DNA from: the human T2T-CHM13v2.0 reference genome, Homo sapiens
DNA length: 64,000 nucleotides
Reading direction: 5' to 3' (one strand)
Assembly (NCBI RefSeq): GCF_009914755.1
Contig: NC_060942.1
Under the pieces are notes generated by a model. It saw only the letters and a program-made list of their open reading frames with translations, ran no database searches and was not told where the DNA came from. Position 1 is the first letter of the stretch, and the number at the start of each line of letters is the position of its first letter. Made by a program: the position numbers and the translations under genes. Of the stretch, positions 1 through 13,009 are shown in pieces.

Positions 1-262
1 GATGATAAAGTGGACAATCTAAAAAACATTTTCCAGGATCAGCACATCAGGAACTCGACCTTCTAACACAGCAGTAAGAATCAATATCACTTCCTCCCTG
101 TTGAATGCCCAGACCATGATTTGAGAGTCTCTAGTTTTTTATTGAATTTAGCCCTTGTATTCATTTTAGGTTTGAAGGGCAAGTACCAGGGAAGGGCAAC
201 ATCATGTATACATATAGCTATAAGAATGCAGCATGAACTTCAGAATCTTTAGAGGTAAAATT

Positions 263-411
263 CTAGAAGTCCACATGGAGATGTTTCTCCAAGAAAATCT
301 GGATGACATTGTCTTTTCTGTGCTTATTTTGCTGATCAGTTATGTCTAGAAGTAGCATTTCCTTCATCTCTGTCTCCTTCATCACAATCCTCATTTTTTC
401 TAACATTGTAC
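263..411 (-). other. Candidate terminal exon of an unidentified minus-strand gene or pseudogene (…TMLEKMRIVMKETEMKEMLLLDITDQQNKHRKDNVIQIFLEKHLHVDF*)
   Basis: Minus-strand acceptor-like 'aaatttttcatag' at about 412-424, an open frame to TAG at 263-265, and AATAAA on the minus strand at 138-143. Sequence looks non-repetitive. Protein not recognised. Confidence 0.3.
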
Positions 412-1805
412 TATGAAAAATTTCAAACATGAAGTAAAGTTGAATTTTACCAGGAACACTCATGTACTAACCACATAGATCATACTGCTACTATTCTATT
501 CTGCTTGCTTTATCACATACCTGCCCATCTATCCATCCCTCTGTACATTCTTATTTTTAATATCTTTCAAAGTAAACTGCAGATGTCGGCCCCTAATCTT
601 CATTTTTAACTCTTTTCCTTCTCTTTCTTTTCAGGTTTTTGTGACAGTTTTCTTTAAAAAGGAGTTTTTTTCTCTATGAGTAATCATTAAAATGAATTTA
701 CACAGAATCCTAGAGCTAGAAAGTTTTGTCCAAACCAACCCAGGTCTCCCAATTCTGAGCAAACATTTCTCACTATACATTTTCTCCACCTTTTTGCTCA
801 TATATAAGAGCTAAGTTTTACCCACATTGACAATTTGATTACTTATATTTTTCAAAAGCTAGAAAGCTGAATAACCCTCAAAAGAATTAAAAAAAGTCCT
901 CAATCTGTCCTTGGCATTAAATATCTATTTATATAGCTAGGAACATTCCTTGTCAAACAATAGCATTCTGTTTTTCTCTTTATTTTTTATTCCCCACTTT
1001 TGGATAGTCTCCATACTATTTCATTGCCAGGTTCAATTTTGATGTAGGATTCAATTATTAGAACAATTGTAGAAGGTTAGTTAAGAATTCTATTTAAATG
1101 TGTTGGGCTAAAAAAAATGTGTGTTTCTGTCTCCTCCTAAAATGCCACCAATATATAAGTAAAAGAATAAAAAAGGTATAAAGTCAGAAGGACAAAAAGA
1201 GCAGGCATAGGGATGAAAGCTAACAATAGATGTCACCAAGTTTGGGAGGATTAAAAATGAACAGAGGCGTGAAACTCACTTAGCCAAACAGAGGAAGTAG
1301 AAATCCATCTGCCCTCATAGGAGGCAATGATGAGAAGCAAGTCAGTTTGCTCTGCAAAACTCAGGGAAAACTCAAGGCTTGGATGTATAAGGCAAGTAGG
1401 AGTCAAGTGGGGCTAAAGACTAGGAATTTGTGAAAAGATTACATTTGTGTACCCCCAACCCATCCTCTCACTAGAGGAGAATATAGATTTTATTCTCTGA
1501 AAATAATGCATCAGAGTTTCACCTCTGAAGTAGGGAACCACAGGCACAATGGAGAGATCTGAGGCTTAATTTTGAAAATAGGGCATTAAATGAGAGTCTA
1601 CATACTGAAGAGTAAAATACCATTCTCCTCTCTCTCTGTCTGCTCTTACAATGCCTGTAGCTGGGGATAATATAGAATTTGTTCTCTGGAGAAATTGAGA
1701 TATCAGAGAGAAAAGATGTATGAATGCTGATATTTGGGGTTTTCCCCCAAGAAAAAACTAAAACTCTGTCAAATTATTTTATATACAGCTCCCCAGTCAA
1801 CAACA

Positions 1806-1806
<1 letters not shown>

Positions 1807-1851
<45 letters not shown>
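1807..1851. repeat. (CA)n microsatellite
   Basis: Directly visible run of about 22 CA units. Confidence 0.98.
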
Positions 1852-1853
<2 letters not shown>

Positions 1854-2660
1854 CCTCCAATTAGCTTTTTTTCTTTAATTACTACTCTTCAATATAGACT
1901 GAGAACCAAGGACCAGCAGATATTTGAAGAAAATCTACAACAAGAAAGACAAAAATAAAAAGAAACAAAGAAGAACACAGAAAATACATAAAATACATGG
2001 AACAGAAGAATACTTCCAAAAGATCTACCATTAATAAAGTTAGGAAAATAAAATAGTAAACCCGTAATAAAAGAACAAGAAGCTACAAAAAAGGAATAAT
2101 CAGAGACTTAGAGGGGCTATTTAAAATATGATAGTGAAATAATTTAATAGAAGCATTGGAAAATTACTACTCTTCAATATAGACTGAGAACCAAATCAAA
2201 GAAAAATCCCAGAAAGCAGAATAAAATAAGCCAATAGATAATGGAAAAAAGGACAATAAAGTTAGAAGATCAAACCAGGAAGTCTAGTATCTAAACTATA
2301 AGAATCCATAAAGAGAAACCATGGAAAATAGAAAAGAGAAAATTATCAAAATAATAATACAGGACATTTTATCTATATTCAAGTACAGAAATTCAAGATT
2401 CAAAGTGTCTACCAGGTGTACAATGTAATGAGTTAAAAAATAAGATTTAATCTAAGGGCGTCATCATAAAATTTCATTCACTCAAGATAAAAGGAGGCTA
2501 GCACAAGCTTTCAGAAAGAAAAGGATTGAGCCAATAGAAAGGGAACCAGAGTGGCATCGGACTTCTAAACAGCAACATTGGATACTAGAAGAGAGTAGAG
2601 CAATGACCGCAAAATTAGCGAGGGAAAATTATTTCAGCTTAAGTTTTTATATCCAGCCAA

Positions 2661-2775
2661 CAGGGTTAGCTATATAATTTATGGGGCCTAATGAGAAATT
2701 AAAATGTGGGTTCCCCTTGTTCAAAAACTAATCTGTGTAAGATGCACAGATCTTACACCTATGAAGCCAGCCCTC
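2661..2775 (+). mobile_element. MER91-type hAT non-autonomous DNA transposon
   Basis: Ends 'cagggttagct…'/'…gaagccagccctc' are degenerate TIRs. Degenerate 8-bp TSD ccagccaa/ctagtcaa. Internal hairpin gtgtaagat…atcttacac. Confidence 0.75.
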
Positions 2776-3261
2776 CTAGTCAACTATCAATCAGGCGTAA
2801 AGGTTAAAGACAATTATTATTCACGAACCTTTTCTTGGAAGATGTACTTTAGCAGAATAAGGGAATAAATCAAGAAAGAGGAAGACAGGACCCAGGAAAC
2901 AGGAGAGAATAGCCAAAAAAAATCAGCTCCAGGAAACCAAACATATACAGCCTCAAGGGTAATTAGTCCAGACTAGAATAGGGAGATGGAGAAATTCAAA
3001 ACAGAGATTTGGGGGAGATGAAAGGAATGGGTAGATATGGATTTCTATACAATTTGGAATTGCAATTGAACATTTGTAAACATTTTTGATACATGTGTGA
3101 TATCTGTTGGAGCATTTAGAAAAAAATGACCATATGTACATAGAAAACCTGACAAATAATAACAAAAACAAAAGCTAACTCCAGGAAACACAAAAAGTTT
3201 ATAAGAAAGGAAATATATAACTTTCAGCAGTAAGAAAAATATAGGTAGTTTTATAATATAA

Positions 3262-3585
<324 letters not shown>

Positions 3586-4382
3586 AATATCAAAAGGAAG
3601 AGGGGAAAATGAATAGAAGTGTGTAGGAAACAAAATCCTTAATGAAATGTACATAATGTGCAAAGTTGATCTCAATATATAAATTATAAGCATGTTATTA
3701 ACAAGCATATTATTAATTAATGTGAATTGAAACCGGTTGCCTCAGGAAAAATGGTGAGTGTGGGAGGCAAGAAAGACTCAATACCCTGATATGTATTTCC
3801 TTATAAATCTTTTAGCAACATTTGACTTTTTAAAACTACTTGAATGTGGTACTTTGAATATTTTAGAACCATCATCATAAAAAACAAAAACGTCATCAAC
3901 TAGTTCCTTTTCTTCTCTTTCTCTTCTCATTCTCTTTTAGTCTAGGAGTCTTTCATTTGTGACAGCACCTTTGCTTAACTCATTCTGGCCTTCACAATTG
4001 ATCAGTGTCATCACCTAACTCTTGTTTTCTTAAATTAAACTAAAAGCCCAGTCTTTGATAATTGGAGGGAGGGTTGGAGGGTTGTCTGCAAGAAGTGGAA
4101 ATTGTTGAGACAGTCGGTAACCTTCCCCCCAACCGCCCCACCCCCCCGAAAGCACACACCAGGGCCCTTAAAAATTGGCTTTTTAATTAGGAATCTAGCT
4201 ATTTCCCCTTGTTAAAAAAGGACATCTTCTGTTATAAGCAAGTAGTAGATTCAGTTCGTTTTACTTGAACAGAAAAACATAGACTAATAACAAGTTTCAA
4301 AGTAGGTAGAGATATTTCTCTTAAAAGAAAAATCAAAATGCCACCTAATCAATTTGGGTTAGTGTTTAGTAAAAGAAACAAA

Positions 4383-5122
4383 TGTAACCACCCAACAGGT
4401 TCACCTAGCCCGCTGCCCAGACAGAGCCGATTTATCAAGATAGGAGAATTGGCAATAGAGAAAGAGTAATTCACACAGAGCCAGCTGTGCAGGAGACCAG
4501 AATTTTATTATTAATATTACTTAAGTCAGTCTTCCCAAGAATTAGGGGATTGGAATTTTTAAGGATAATTTGGTGAGTAGGAGGCCAGTGAGTCAGGAGT
4601 GCTAATTGGTCAGGTCGGAGATAAAGTCATAGGGCATCAAAAATGTGCTCTTGCACTGAGTCAGTTTCTGGGTAGGGGCCACAAGACCAGATGAGCCCTG
4701 GGTGCCACCACCTAATCCATCAAGTGTAAAATATGCAAAATATCTCAAATGCTGATCTTAGGTTTTACAATAGTGACATTATCCTTAAGAGCAATTTTGG
4801 AGGTTTAGAATCTTGCAGCCTCCAGCTGCATGACTGCTGTACATGACCCCTATGCATGACCATAATTTCTAATCTTGTGGCTAATTTGTTAATCCTGCAA
4901 AGGCAGTCTAGTCTCTAGGCAGGAAGAGGGTTTGTTTTAGGAAAGGACTGTTACTATCTCTCTTTCAAAGCTAAACTATAACTGCATTCCAAAGTTAATT
5001 TGGCCTATGCCCAGGAATGAACCAGGACAGCTTGGAGGTTAGAAGCAAGATGGAGTCAGTTAAGTCAGATATCCTTCACTGTAATAATTGCCTCATTTAT
5101 AATTTTTGCGAAACCAGTTTCA
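4383..5122 (-). mobile_element. ERV1 solo LTR, LTR8-like
   Basis: TG…CA ends and 4-bp TSD caaa. Minus strand begins tgaaactggtttcgcaaaaattata…gactccatcttgcttctaacctccaagctgtcc, as in LTR8. Confidence 0.85.
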
Positions 5123-5269
5123 CAAAGTTTGTATTATCAAAGAATGAAGTGTTTAAAAGAAACTCTATTGCTGCTGAGGTATCAATTAGAATCACATGAC
5201 TTAAGACTTTTTACAAAGGAGAAAAGCAATCCCTATGACTTGTCTCCTGTGGATTATGTGCGTGTCTTC

Positions 5270-5570
5270 ATATCAGTGAAGAAAGGATAGGCTTTCACTA
5301 CTGGAGGTTTATTCCTGACATACAACACATGTTCACTGCAAGTCAGCAAGTTAGCTAAGGACTCGTGTCTCCTCACTAAGACCCAGGCTGCTGGAAGAGC
5401 TACAACCTTGAACTTTGCCGGGTAGAAGGAAAGAGCTTTGGAGTATCTCACATTAGCAGTTAAATGCTCTGGCCTGGAAGTGATACATGTCACTTTTGTT
5501 CATGGCTCAACGACCAGATTGGTTGAATGAACCACAGGGAGCCAGAAAGTACAATCCTAACATATACCTC
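5270..5570 (-). mobile_element. Old MaLR LTR fragment (MLT1K/L-like)
   Basis: Motif 'aaatgctctggcctggaagtgatacatgtcactttt' typical of late MLT1 subfamilies. Confidence 0.55.
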
Positions 5571-5662
5571 CTCTGGCAAAGGGAAAACATTCATTCCCTC
5601 ACTGCCTTAAGCCCAGCACAATCTGAGAACACTCATTCCATTTTATGAAGGAACATGGACAC

Positions 5663-6267
5663 TGTGGGAACCATGGAGCTACAGAGAAGTTTAAATTTTT
5701 CTGAAGGCTTGATAATTTAAGTCTATATAATAAACTGCTAATACAAGATTAACAGGAAGAAAAGGCATAAAAATTTTATTACATGCACACATGTGCATGT
5801 GAGTCATACATAAAAATGAAAAACTCAAAGAAATGACCAGGTGGTTAACACTTCTACATCATCTTGAAAGAATGGGGGTTCAGTCAATGACCAAAAAAGA
5901 GAGTATGGTGGTAAATCAAGTTATGGTGACAAGACACGTTATGGGAGGGAAAGAAGAGGAGGCTTGGCTAGCAAAGGTGGTCTTGTTATGTAGATGAAAC
6001 CTTACAGGTAGCAGCCCTCAGAGAAGAGATGGAAAATGTTTCTTTCAGACCTTTCAAGGCATCAGATTCTTACTCTTTCCTAGATCTGGACAAGCGAGAG
6101 TCTCAGAAAAAGCCTGGCTGCATCAATGCAGATTTTCTCTACAAATACAAATCTCCCTCACAATAGACAGCTTTGCAGGGCTAGTTCTGTTTGTGGGCCC
6201 TCTCAACAGCCATCTCAAAATACATCAAAGAAGTATATTTTAGGGTGAAATATTTTGATTTCCTTCA
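5663..6267 (-). mobile_element. ERV1 (MER4-group) solo LTR, same family as 46620-47233
   Basis: Minus strand begins tgaaggaaatcaaaatatttcaccc. Shares long blocks with 46620-47233 (e.g. ggctagcaaaggtggtcttgt, cctagatctggacaag). Left end approximate. Confidence 0.8.
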
Positions 6268-6476
6268 GAACACAAAGTTATGCCTACAGGCCAGCCTTAC
6301 CTTACTTTAGTCTGATTGGCCAAGCCATTGCATATTCATAATCAGGCAGTTTTCAAAACCCAAAGGCACAACAAATAAGCAGCCTTCCTTGATAAACGTT
6401 GTACCTCAGATTAGAAAGAGTATGGAGTAATTATAACATATTGTTTCAGCACTGGGCATATTGAATGTTAAATATA

Positions 6477-7128
6477 TGACCTAAAAGAAAGGAAGTCAAC
6501 ATACTGAAGAGATATCTTTACTACCAGGTTTATTGCAGCACTTTTCACAATAGGCAAGATTTGAAATCAACCTAAGTGTCCATCAGTAGATAAATGAATA
6601 AAGAAAATGTGGTACATATATGCAATGGAGCACTATTCAGCCATAAAAAAGAATGAGATCCTGTCATTTGCAACAACATAAATGGAACTGAAGGACCATT
6701 ATGTTAAGTGAACTAAGCCAGGCACAAAAAGACAAATTTTGCATGTTCTCACTCATTTGTGTGAGCTAAAAATTAACATAACTGAACTCACAGAGATAGA
6801 CAGTAGAACAGTCACTACCAGAGGCTAAGAAGGATAGTGGGGATGGTTAAGGGGTATAAAAATATAGTTAGATAGAATGAGTAAGATCTGGTATGTAATA
6901 GCACAACAGGGTGGCTACAGTCAACAATAATCTATTACACATTTAAAAATAACTAAAAGTTTTATTGGAATGTTTATAACACAAAGAAATGATAAATGCT
7001 TGAGGTGATGGATACTCCATTTAAGCTGATGTAATTATTACATACTGTATGCTTCAGAATATCTCATGTACCCCATAAATATATGCACCTACTATGTATG
7101 CATAAAATAATTTTAAAATTAAAAAAAA
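6477..7128 (+). mobile_element. L1MA2/3-type 3' end (ORF2 C-terminus + 3'UTR + A tail)
   Basis: Contains 'caacctaagtgtccatca', 'atagcacaacagggtg' and 'aatgcttgaggtgatggatac', and ends in an A-rich tail. Confidence 0.88.
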
Positions 7129-7719
7129 CAGTTACATGTACGTATGTCCAGCCTAACTTATAGAAAGTAAACCCAAAAGCTAGGGGATGCTTGCTGAAGC
7201 CAATTCTGCTATGGCTAAATTCACCCAACGAATGCCAACCTCCTAAGATTTCTTCCTGAATGATTCTTGGGAATGCAGTGCAATACATCCTACAATTGGA
7301 TCGTGAACCCCTCATTAGATGACAAATTACATAAAGTGGATCATGTCTTTGTATCCCTGTGCATGGTCCATGAAAGAAATTCAATAAATATTTTTTGGTG
7401 ACATTGTATCCATTAAGCAGGATTTTGAAGGTCCACAGTTGGGATTTTGAAGAGATTTCTCCCAGAGGTTGAAGGGTTAAGGGAATTGACAATGCTGATC
7501 CACCCAGAGACTAACAGTAGGAAGCTCATTATATCCAACAGTAAAGGGAACTGCATTACCTGAGCCTGGTAAGCAATGCAGCCAAGGGAGATGAGTGGCC
7601 AGCATTGCATCAAGGGTTCTCTCCCATCCTCCTTCTGTTGCTCGTACTTTCCATTGGCTGAACCCAACCAGGCTGAACCCAACAATGATGCAGACTCAAG
7701 AGCATCATTGCTCTTGAGT

Positions 7720-8630
7720 GATGCAGGTCCAAGAGCATCAGTGAGCTGTGGGACAACCTCAAGAGGCATAATATACGTATAATTGGAGTCTTTGAAGAAG
7801 GAGGTCTAAAAATTTTTGATGAAATAATGGCCAAAATTTTTCAAAATTTAATGAATACTATCAACCCAAAGATTTAAGATAGTCGACAAATCTCAAACAA
7901 AAGAAACACACACACAAAAAAAAAACCCTACAGCCAGGACTGTCATAGTCAAACTGCTCAATGATAAAGAAAAAATCTTACAAGAAGCCAAGAAAAAAAA
8001 GGAGAAAGCAGTGAATAAAGCAACATATTTAAAGTACTAAAAACAAACAAAAAACACCATCTTATAATTCTATATCCAATGAAAATGTCTTTATTTTTAT
8101 TTATTTATTTATTTGCTTGTTTGTTTTTGAGACAGGGTCTTCCTCTGTCACCCAGGCTGGAGTGCAGTGGTGCAATCACAGATCACTACAGGCTTGACCT
8201 CCCAGGCTCAAGTGATCCTCCCACCTCAGCCTCCCTACTGGGTGGGACTAGAAGCCCATGCCTGGGTAATTTATCATTATTATTATTATTTTTGTAGACA
8301 AAGTCTCAATATGTTGTCCTAGGTGGGAAAATATCTTTTAAAAAATAAAATTAAATTTGAAGTTAAAACTGTGTTACAAAGAAGAATCTAGAACCAGATG
8401 ATTTTGCTGGTGAATGCTACCAAAATTTAAGAAAGAAAAAAACATCAATTTACTTAATATCTTTCAAAATTTTGAAAAAAAGGTGAAAATTTGAACATGA
8501 GATTAGCATTACCCGGATACTCAAACCAAAGACATTACACAAAAGGAAACTACAGACCAATATTCTTCATGAACATAGATGCAAAAGTTCTAAGCAAAAT
8601 GTAATGAGAGTGAATCTAACGACATGAAAA
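7720..8630 (+). mobile_element. Old L1M fragments (ORF1 and ORF2 pieces) interrupted by AluJ
   Basis: 'gaaataatggccaaaattttt' (ORF1-like). 'ccagatgattttgctggtgaatgctacc' and 'aactacagaccaatattcttcatgaacatagatgcaaaa' (ORF2 RT-like). Confidence 0.75.
8090..8325 (-). mobile_element. AluJ, partial
   Basis: tttttgagacagggtcttcctctgtcacccaggctggagtgcagtgg…. Confidence 0.9.
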
Positions 8631-8731
8631 AAGGGGGTAATACTTTAATAAAACTATAACTTTTCTATGAATAAAGTCAAGTTCTGGATATCTGAAATTA
8701 AAACTTTGATCAGGGCTTATATAATGACTCT

Positions 8732-9296
8732 TTGAAAATAAATAAAATTTAAAAGCTATTAGAACCCCCAAAACACTTTAAACCTTGAAGAGGTATAACT
8801 ATGATCTGAGTCACATAATACGTTTTTATAACTTCTGCTTCTTAGATTATGGATTAACTCTCCTCCTCATTGTTCTTGTTCTGTGAATGACTAGGGGCAA
8901 TCAGAGCCCAGACCTCCTCCCCTTCCAATCACTGATCTTTGTTGTAGATTAATTGCTTCCTTTATCGTCCTGTACCTAACTCAGACCAGATGGTACACAA
9001 GGCCCCATGACTGTTACATTTTCAGTGTGAAATGTTAAATATACCTTCTCCATGCCCCCAGAAAACAGACTGCCTCAACTAATCAGATTGCTTTAGCTAC
9101 ACATTTTATTATATTAAAACATGTTAAAATTCTGTTAGGCTTCCCAAGCTCATAAATGACCCCAAACTTCTATGCTTCAGAACACGGATTTCCATTCTTT
9201 GGAATCTGTGTTTCCTAGGCAGCAGTCCTCAAAGTTTGCTCTTAAATAAACTCTTTAAACTAAATTCTAACTCTTTTAAATTATTTTAGGTTGACA
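8732..9296 (+). mobile_element. ERV1 solo LTR (LTR24-like; subfamily uncertain)
   Basis: Ends …aaataaactc…ttattttaggttgaca (polyA signal and MER4-group 3' terminus). Confidence 0.7.
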
Positions 9297-9350
9297 ACCC
9301 TTGAATCTGTGGACAAGTCACATAAATCTAAAAGTTTATACTGTCCACAG

Positions 9351-9505
9351 TCCTTTCCTTTGGTCCTAATATCAGCGCCAACGTGGATTCACAGCCAAAA
9401 GGAGTTCATGATGCATCTCCCATGGAAAGAGCTTATACCTCAAACCCACAAGGCTCCCCTCTACATTCACCACATGGAGAACAGACCAGCCAAAACCTCT
9501 CAGGA
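9351..9505 (+). other. Candidate 155-nt internal exon (lncRNA or unrecognised gene)
   Basis: Acceptor 'ctgtccacag|' and donor 'GGA|gtaagg'. Unique sequence with two stop-free frames across it. Confidence 0.25.
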
Positions 9506-9876
9506 GTAAGGAAAGCCAAAGGAGAAACCTCAGGAAGGGCTGGACTGGGCACATTTGGTTTCCTTGAAGTCACTTATTAGATAACTAAGCTAACTCTTCC
9601 TCATGACAGAGAAGAGTGGCTTGGGTCTCTCCCCGCAGGAAGACATGGCCAGGGGAATGAAGGTTCTTCCTCGACAGGTGTACTGGAGATATTCTACATC
9701 AATGTTTTAGAATTCTGTTTGTAAATAATGCCAGTTGAAAATGATGGTTTTTTTGTGTGTAACTAGTACAATCCAAATCAGACATTTATTGAACTCTCAC
9801 TGTGTGTAAAGGAAAATACTTACCTCTGTAGGATAGAGGATAAAGAACTACTAAGATAAGCACATAATGCTTCACA

Positions 9877-10075
9877 AAAGTACTAAAAAAAAAATTAAAA
9901 AAGTAAAACTGTCACCTTAGAATTCTGTATTACATGAAAATATATTTATTTTTATTCATTTATTTGCTTGTTTTTGAGACAGGGTCTCCCTCTGTCACCC
10001 AGGCGGGAGTGCAGTGGAGCAATCACAGATCACTACAGCCTTGACCTCCCAGGCTCAAGTGATCCTCCCACCTCA
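9877..10075 (+). repeat. Local ~200-bp duplicate of 8031-8228 (L1 flank + AluJ 3' half)
   Basis: Shares the L1/Alu junction and private variants ('aaagtactaaaaa', 'tttatttgcttgttt', 'caatcacagatcactacag'). Confidence 0.85.
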
Positions 10076-11466
10076 TTATTGTACATTTTTAAATGTACAA
10101 TAGATTATTGTTGAACTGGAATCCAGCTAGAATCCAATTTTTAGAAACTCACTCTAAGGTAATGATTAAAATATCAGGTGTTAGTTCTATAAATCTGTCA
10201 TCTAGATTAAAAACCAGATGCTTCCATTCCAGGGTGGAGTATTTGCCAGTAACTCTCTGGAGATCTGTCTTATCTGTGACCAAGACAACGAAGCTTAAAA
10301 AAAGGCAATAATGTTGGAAAAAGACATGAATATGGTCTGTATTAAATTGATTCTACTTTTTATTTAGTCATGACTCTGGACTAACTTTCAAAAAGTAAAA
10401 TGTTATGCCAGCCTAGCAAATGTTCATATCAAATTCCTCATTGTTTTCTCTACTCTCCTTTGTCCTGCCCTCCACTTTTGTTTGCTTGGTGAGGCTCACC
10501 CTAAAATATGTAAAAATATGTAAAATATGTAAAAAAAAAATTTAAAAAGCAATGATGTTCTGTTGGAAGAAACAAAGGAAAGAAATAAAAGTTGCATTTA
10601 AAGGGTACAGAAAGAAATGATTTTCCTTTTCTGCTTCAAATGGGAAAAAAATGTGATGAGACTTGAAATAGTGTTTCCATTTCAAGCCCTGGTGGCTTAT
10701 TTAACTTGGGTAGATTAATTTACTGTGGGTGGTATCCTGTTTTATCATCCATGGAGAGGTAATTTTAAAAATCTTTGACCTTGTCAGTTTGGGGGTCACT
10801 TCAGGTTGGAGGTGTTGTATCTGTGATGTCACCTTCAATTTTCAGGAATCTTTCTTGCCTCAAGATGTTGACCTTGCAGATCGCCAGTATTTATTGCTGG
10901 TAGTTTTCTAACTCCTACAATTCCTCTATCCCTTTGAATCTCTCATCCATTTTTCCACTTGTAAAATATATTTTCCATTAAAGAGACCTTATTTTTTAGA
11001 TAATAATATAAAAAGAAAAGAGGGATAAACTAATATTTATTACACTTATTGTGTGCTCAATGATGCCCTAGGCACTTGATATATGATCTCATTTAACACT
11101 TACAACAATCAAATGTGTGATAGTGTTCTCTTTTACAAATCTGGGAAAGGTGGCTTTGCTAGCTAGGTGAGACATCATGCCCAAAGATACACAGGAAAGG
11201 GATTTAAACCCAAGTCCAATTTCAAAGACTTTTCAGTCTACCACATTTGACACATCAATATTTCTAAATTTAAAGCCTCAAACATATACAGCTGTACTGA
11301 AAATATTTAACACTCATAACAAGGTATTTTCCCTTTATAGATTATTTTTCTGACAAGCCCCCAGGAAACTGCCTAGAGCAATGAGCACCAAACTGTCTCC
11401 TTCCTAATTCATTTAAATCTCAATTTCTTTCTTGTCCTTTCAGACTCGAATCTCCACTTCAGGGTC

Positions 11467-11856
11467 TGTTATAACTGAATTGTGTCCCCCGACCCCAAAT
11501 TCATATGTTCAAACCCTAGCTTGCAATGTAATGATATTTGGAAATGAGACCTTGAGAAATCCTTAGGTTTAGATGAGGTCATGGGCAGGGGTTGGAGGGG
11601 AAGGAAGAAACTTCATTATGGGATTAGTGTCCTTATAAGAAGAGACCCAAGAGCTTGCCCTCCCCTCTCTGTCTGCCGTTGTGAGAATACAGTGAGAAGG
11701 TGGCTGTCGGCAAGCAAAGAGGAGAGCCCTCATTAGAACCCAACCATGCTGGCACCCTGATCTCAGGCTTCCAGCCTCCAGAGCTGAGAAATAACTTTTT
11801 GCCTAAGTCACCCAGTCTACAGTACTTTGTTATGGCAGCCCAAGCTGATTAATACA
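11467..11856 (+). mobile_element. MaLR solo LTR (MLT1A-type)
   Basis: tgttataactgaattgtgtcccc…gctgattaataca. TSD gggtc/ggatc. Confidence 0.88.
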
Positions 11857-12532
11857 GGATCCTTCTGAATTCAATCCAGGGGACTGTGCTCTTTAGACAT
11901 TATTTGACTTGCTTAAATCTCTCAACATAATAATTCTTAAAGGGCAGCCCAGGATCCTCTTGCTGGGCCAAGAGCTGAACCAAAAATGCAGACTTTCTTT
12001 CTTTCAGATATTTTAAAATATCTACTAATAGCTACTCACTAGTAAACTGCTAAGTGAAGGGTTACTGAGATTTGGTATTTATAAATTTAAATGATCACTA
12101 TAGAATTTACTAGAGTGATGTAGTAATGCAGATGGACTCCAAGCAGCAAAACTTGCAGTGTGTATATGTTTAGGCAGATATTTACAATCAAAGATACTTT
12201 CAGAAAAGATGTTTTGCTGCAAATTTTGAATTAGTCTTCATTTTTAATTGTTATTTTTGTTTTTTAATTATTTTAAAATAATTATAGATTCACAAGTGGT
12301 TGTAAAAATAGTACAGAGCAGTCCCATGCACCCTTTCCCCAGTTTCTCCACTGGTTACATGTTATGTAACTATAGTACAGTACCAACACCAGGAAATTGA
12401 CATTGGCACAATGTGCGTATATAGTTCTATGTCATTTTATCATGTGGAAGTTCTTGTAACTGCTACCATGATCAAGATATAGAACTATCCCATCACTACA
12501 AAGATCTCCCTCATGCTATCCCTTCATAGTCA

Positions 12533-12934
<402 letters not shown>

Positions 12935-13009
12935 TCATGCAGTATATGAGCTTTTGAGACTGACTTTTTTCACTCAGCATAATTCCCTTGAGGTTCATTA
13001 AATATGTTG

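Noticed and set aside
1734-1958. ORF with a THTHTH run (also 61073-61330, and the YIYI ORF 15937-16161)
   Set aside because: Translation of dinucleotide microsatellites.
7064-7834. Cluster of overlapping 70-140 aa ORFs
   Set aside because: No recognisable domain. They overlap the L1MA tail and old repeat fragments, mostly with non-ATG starts.
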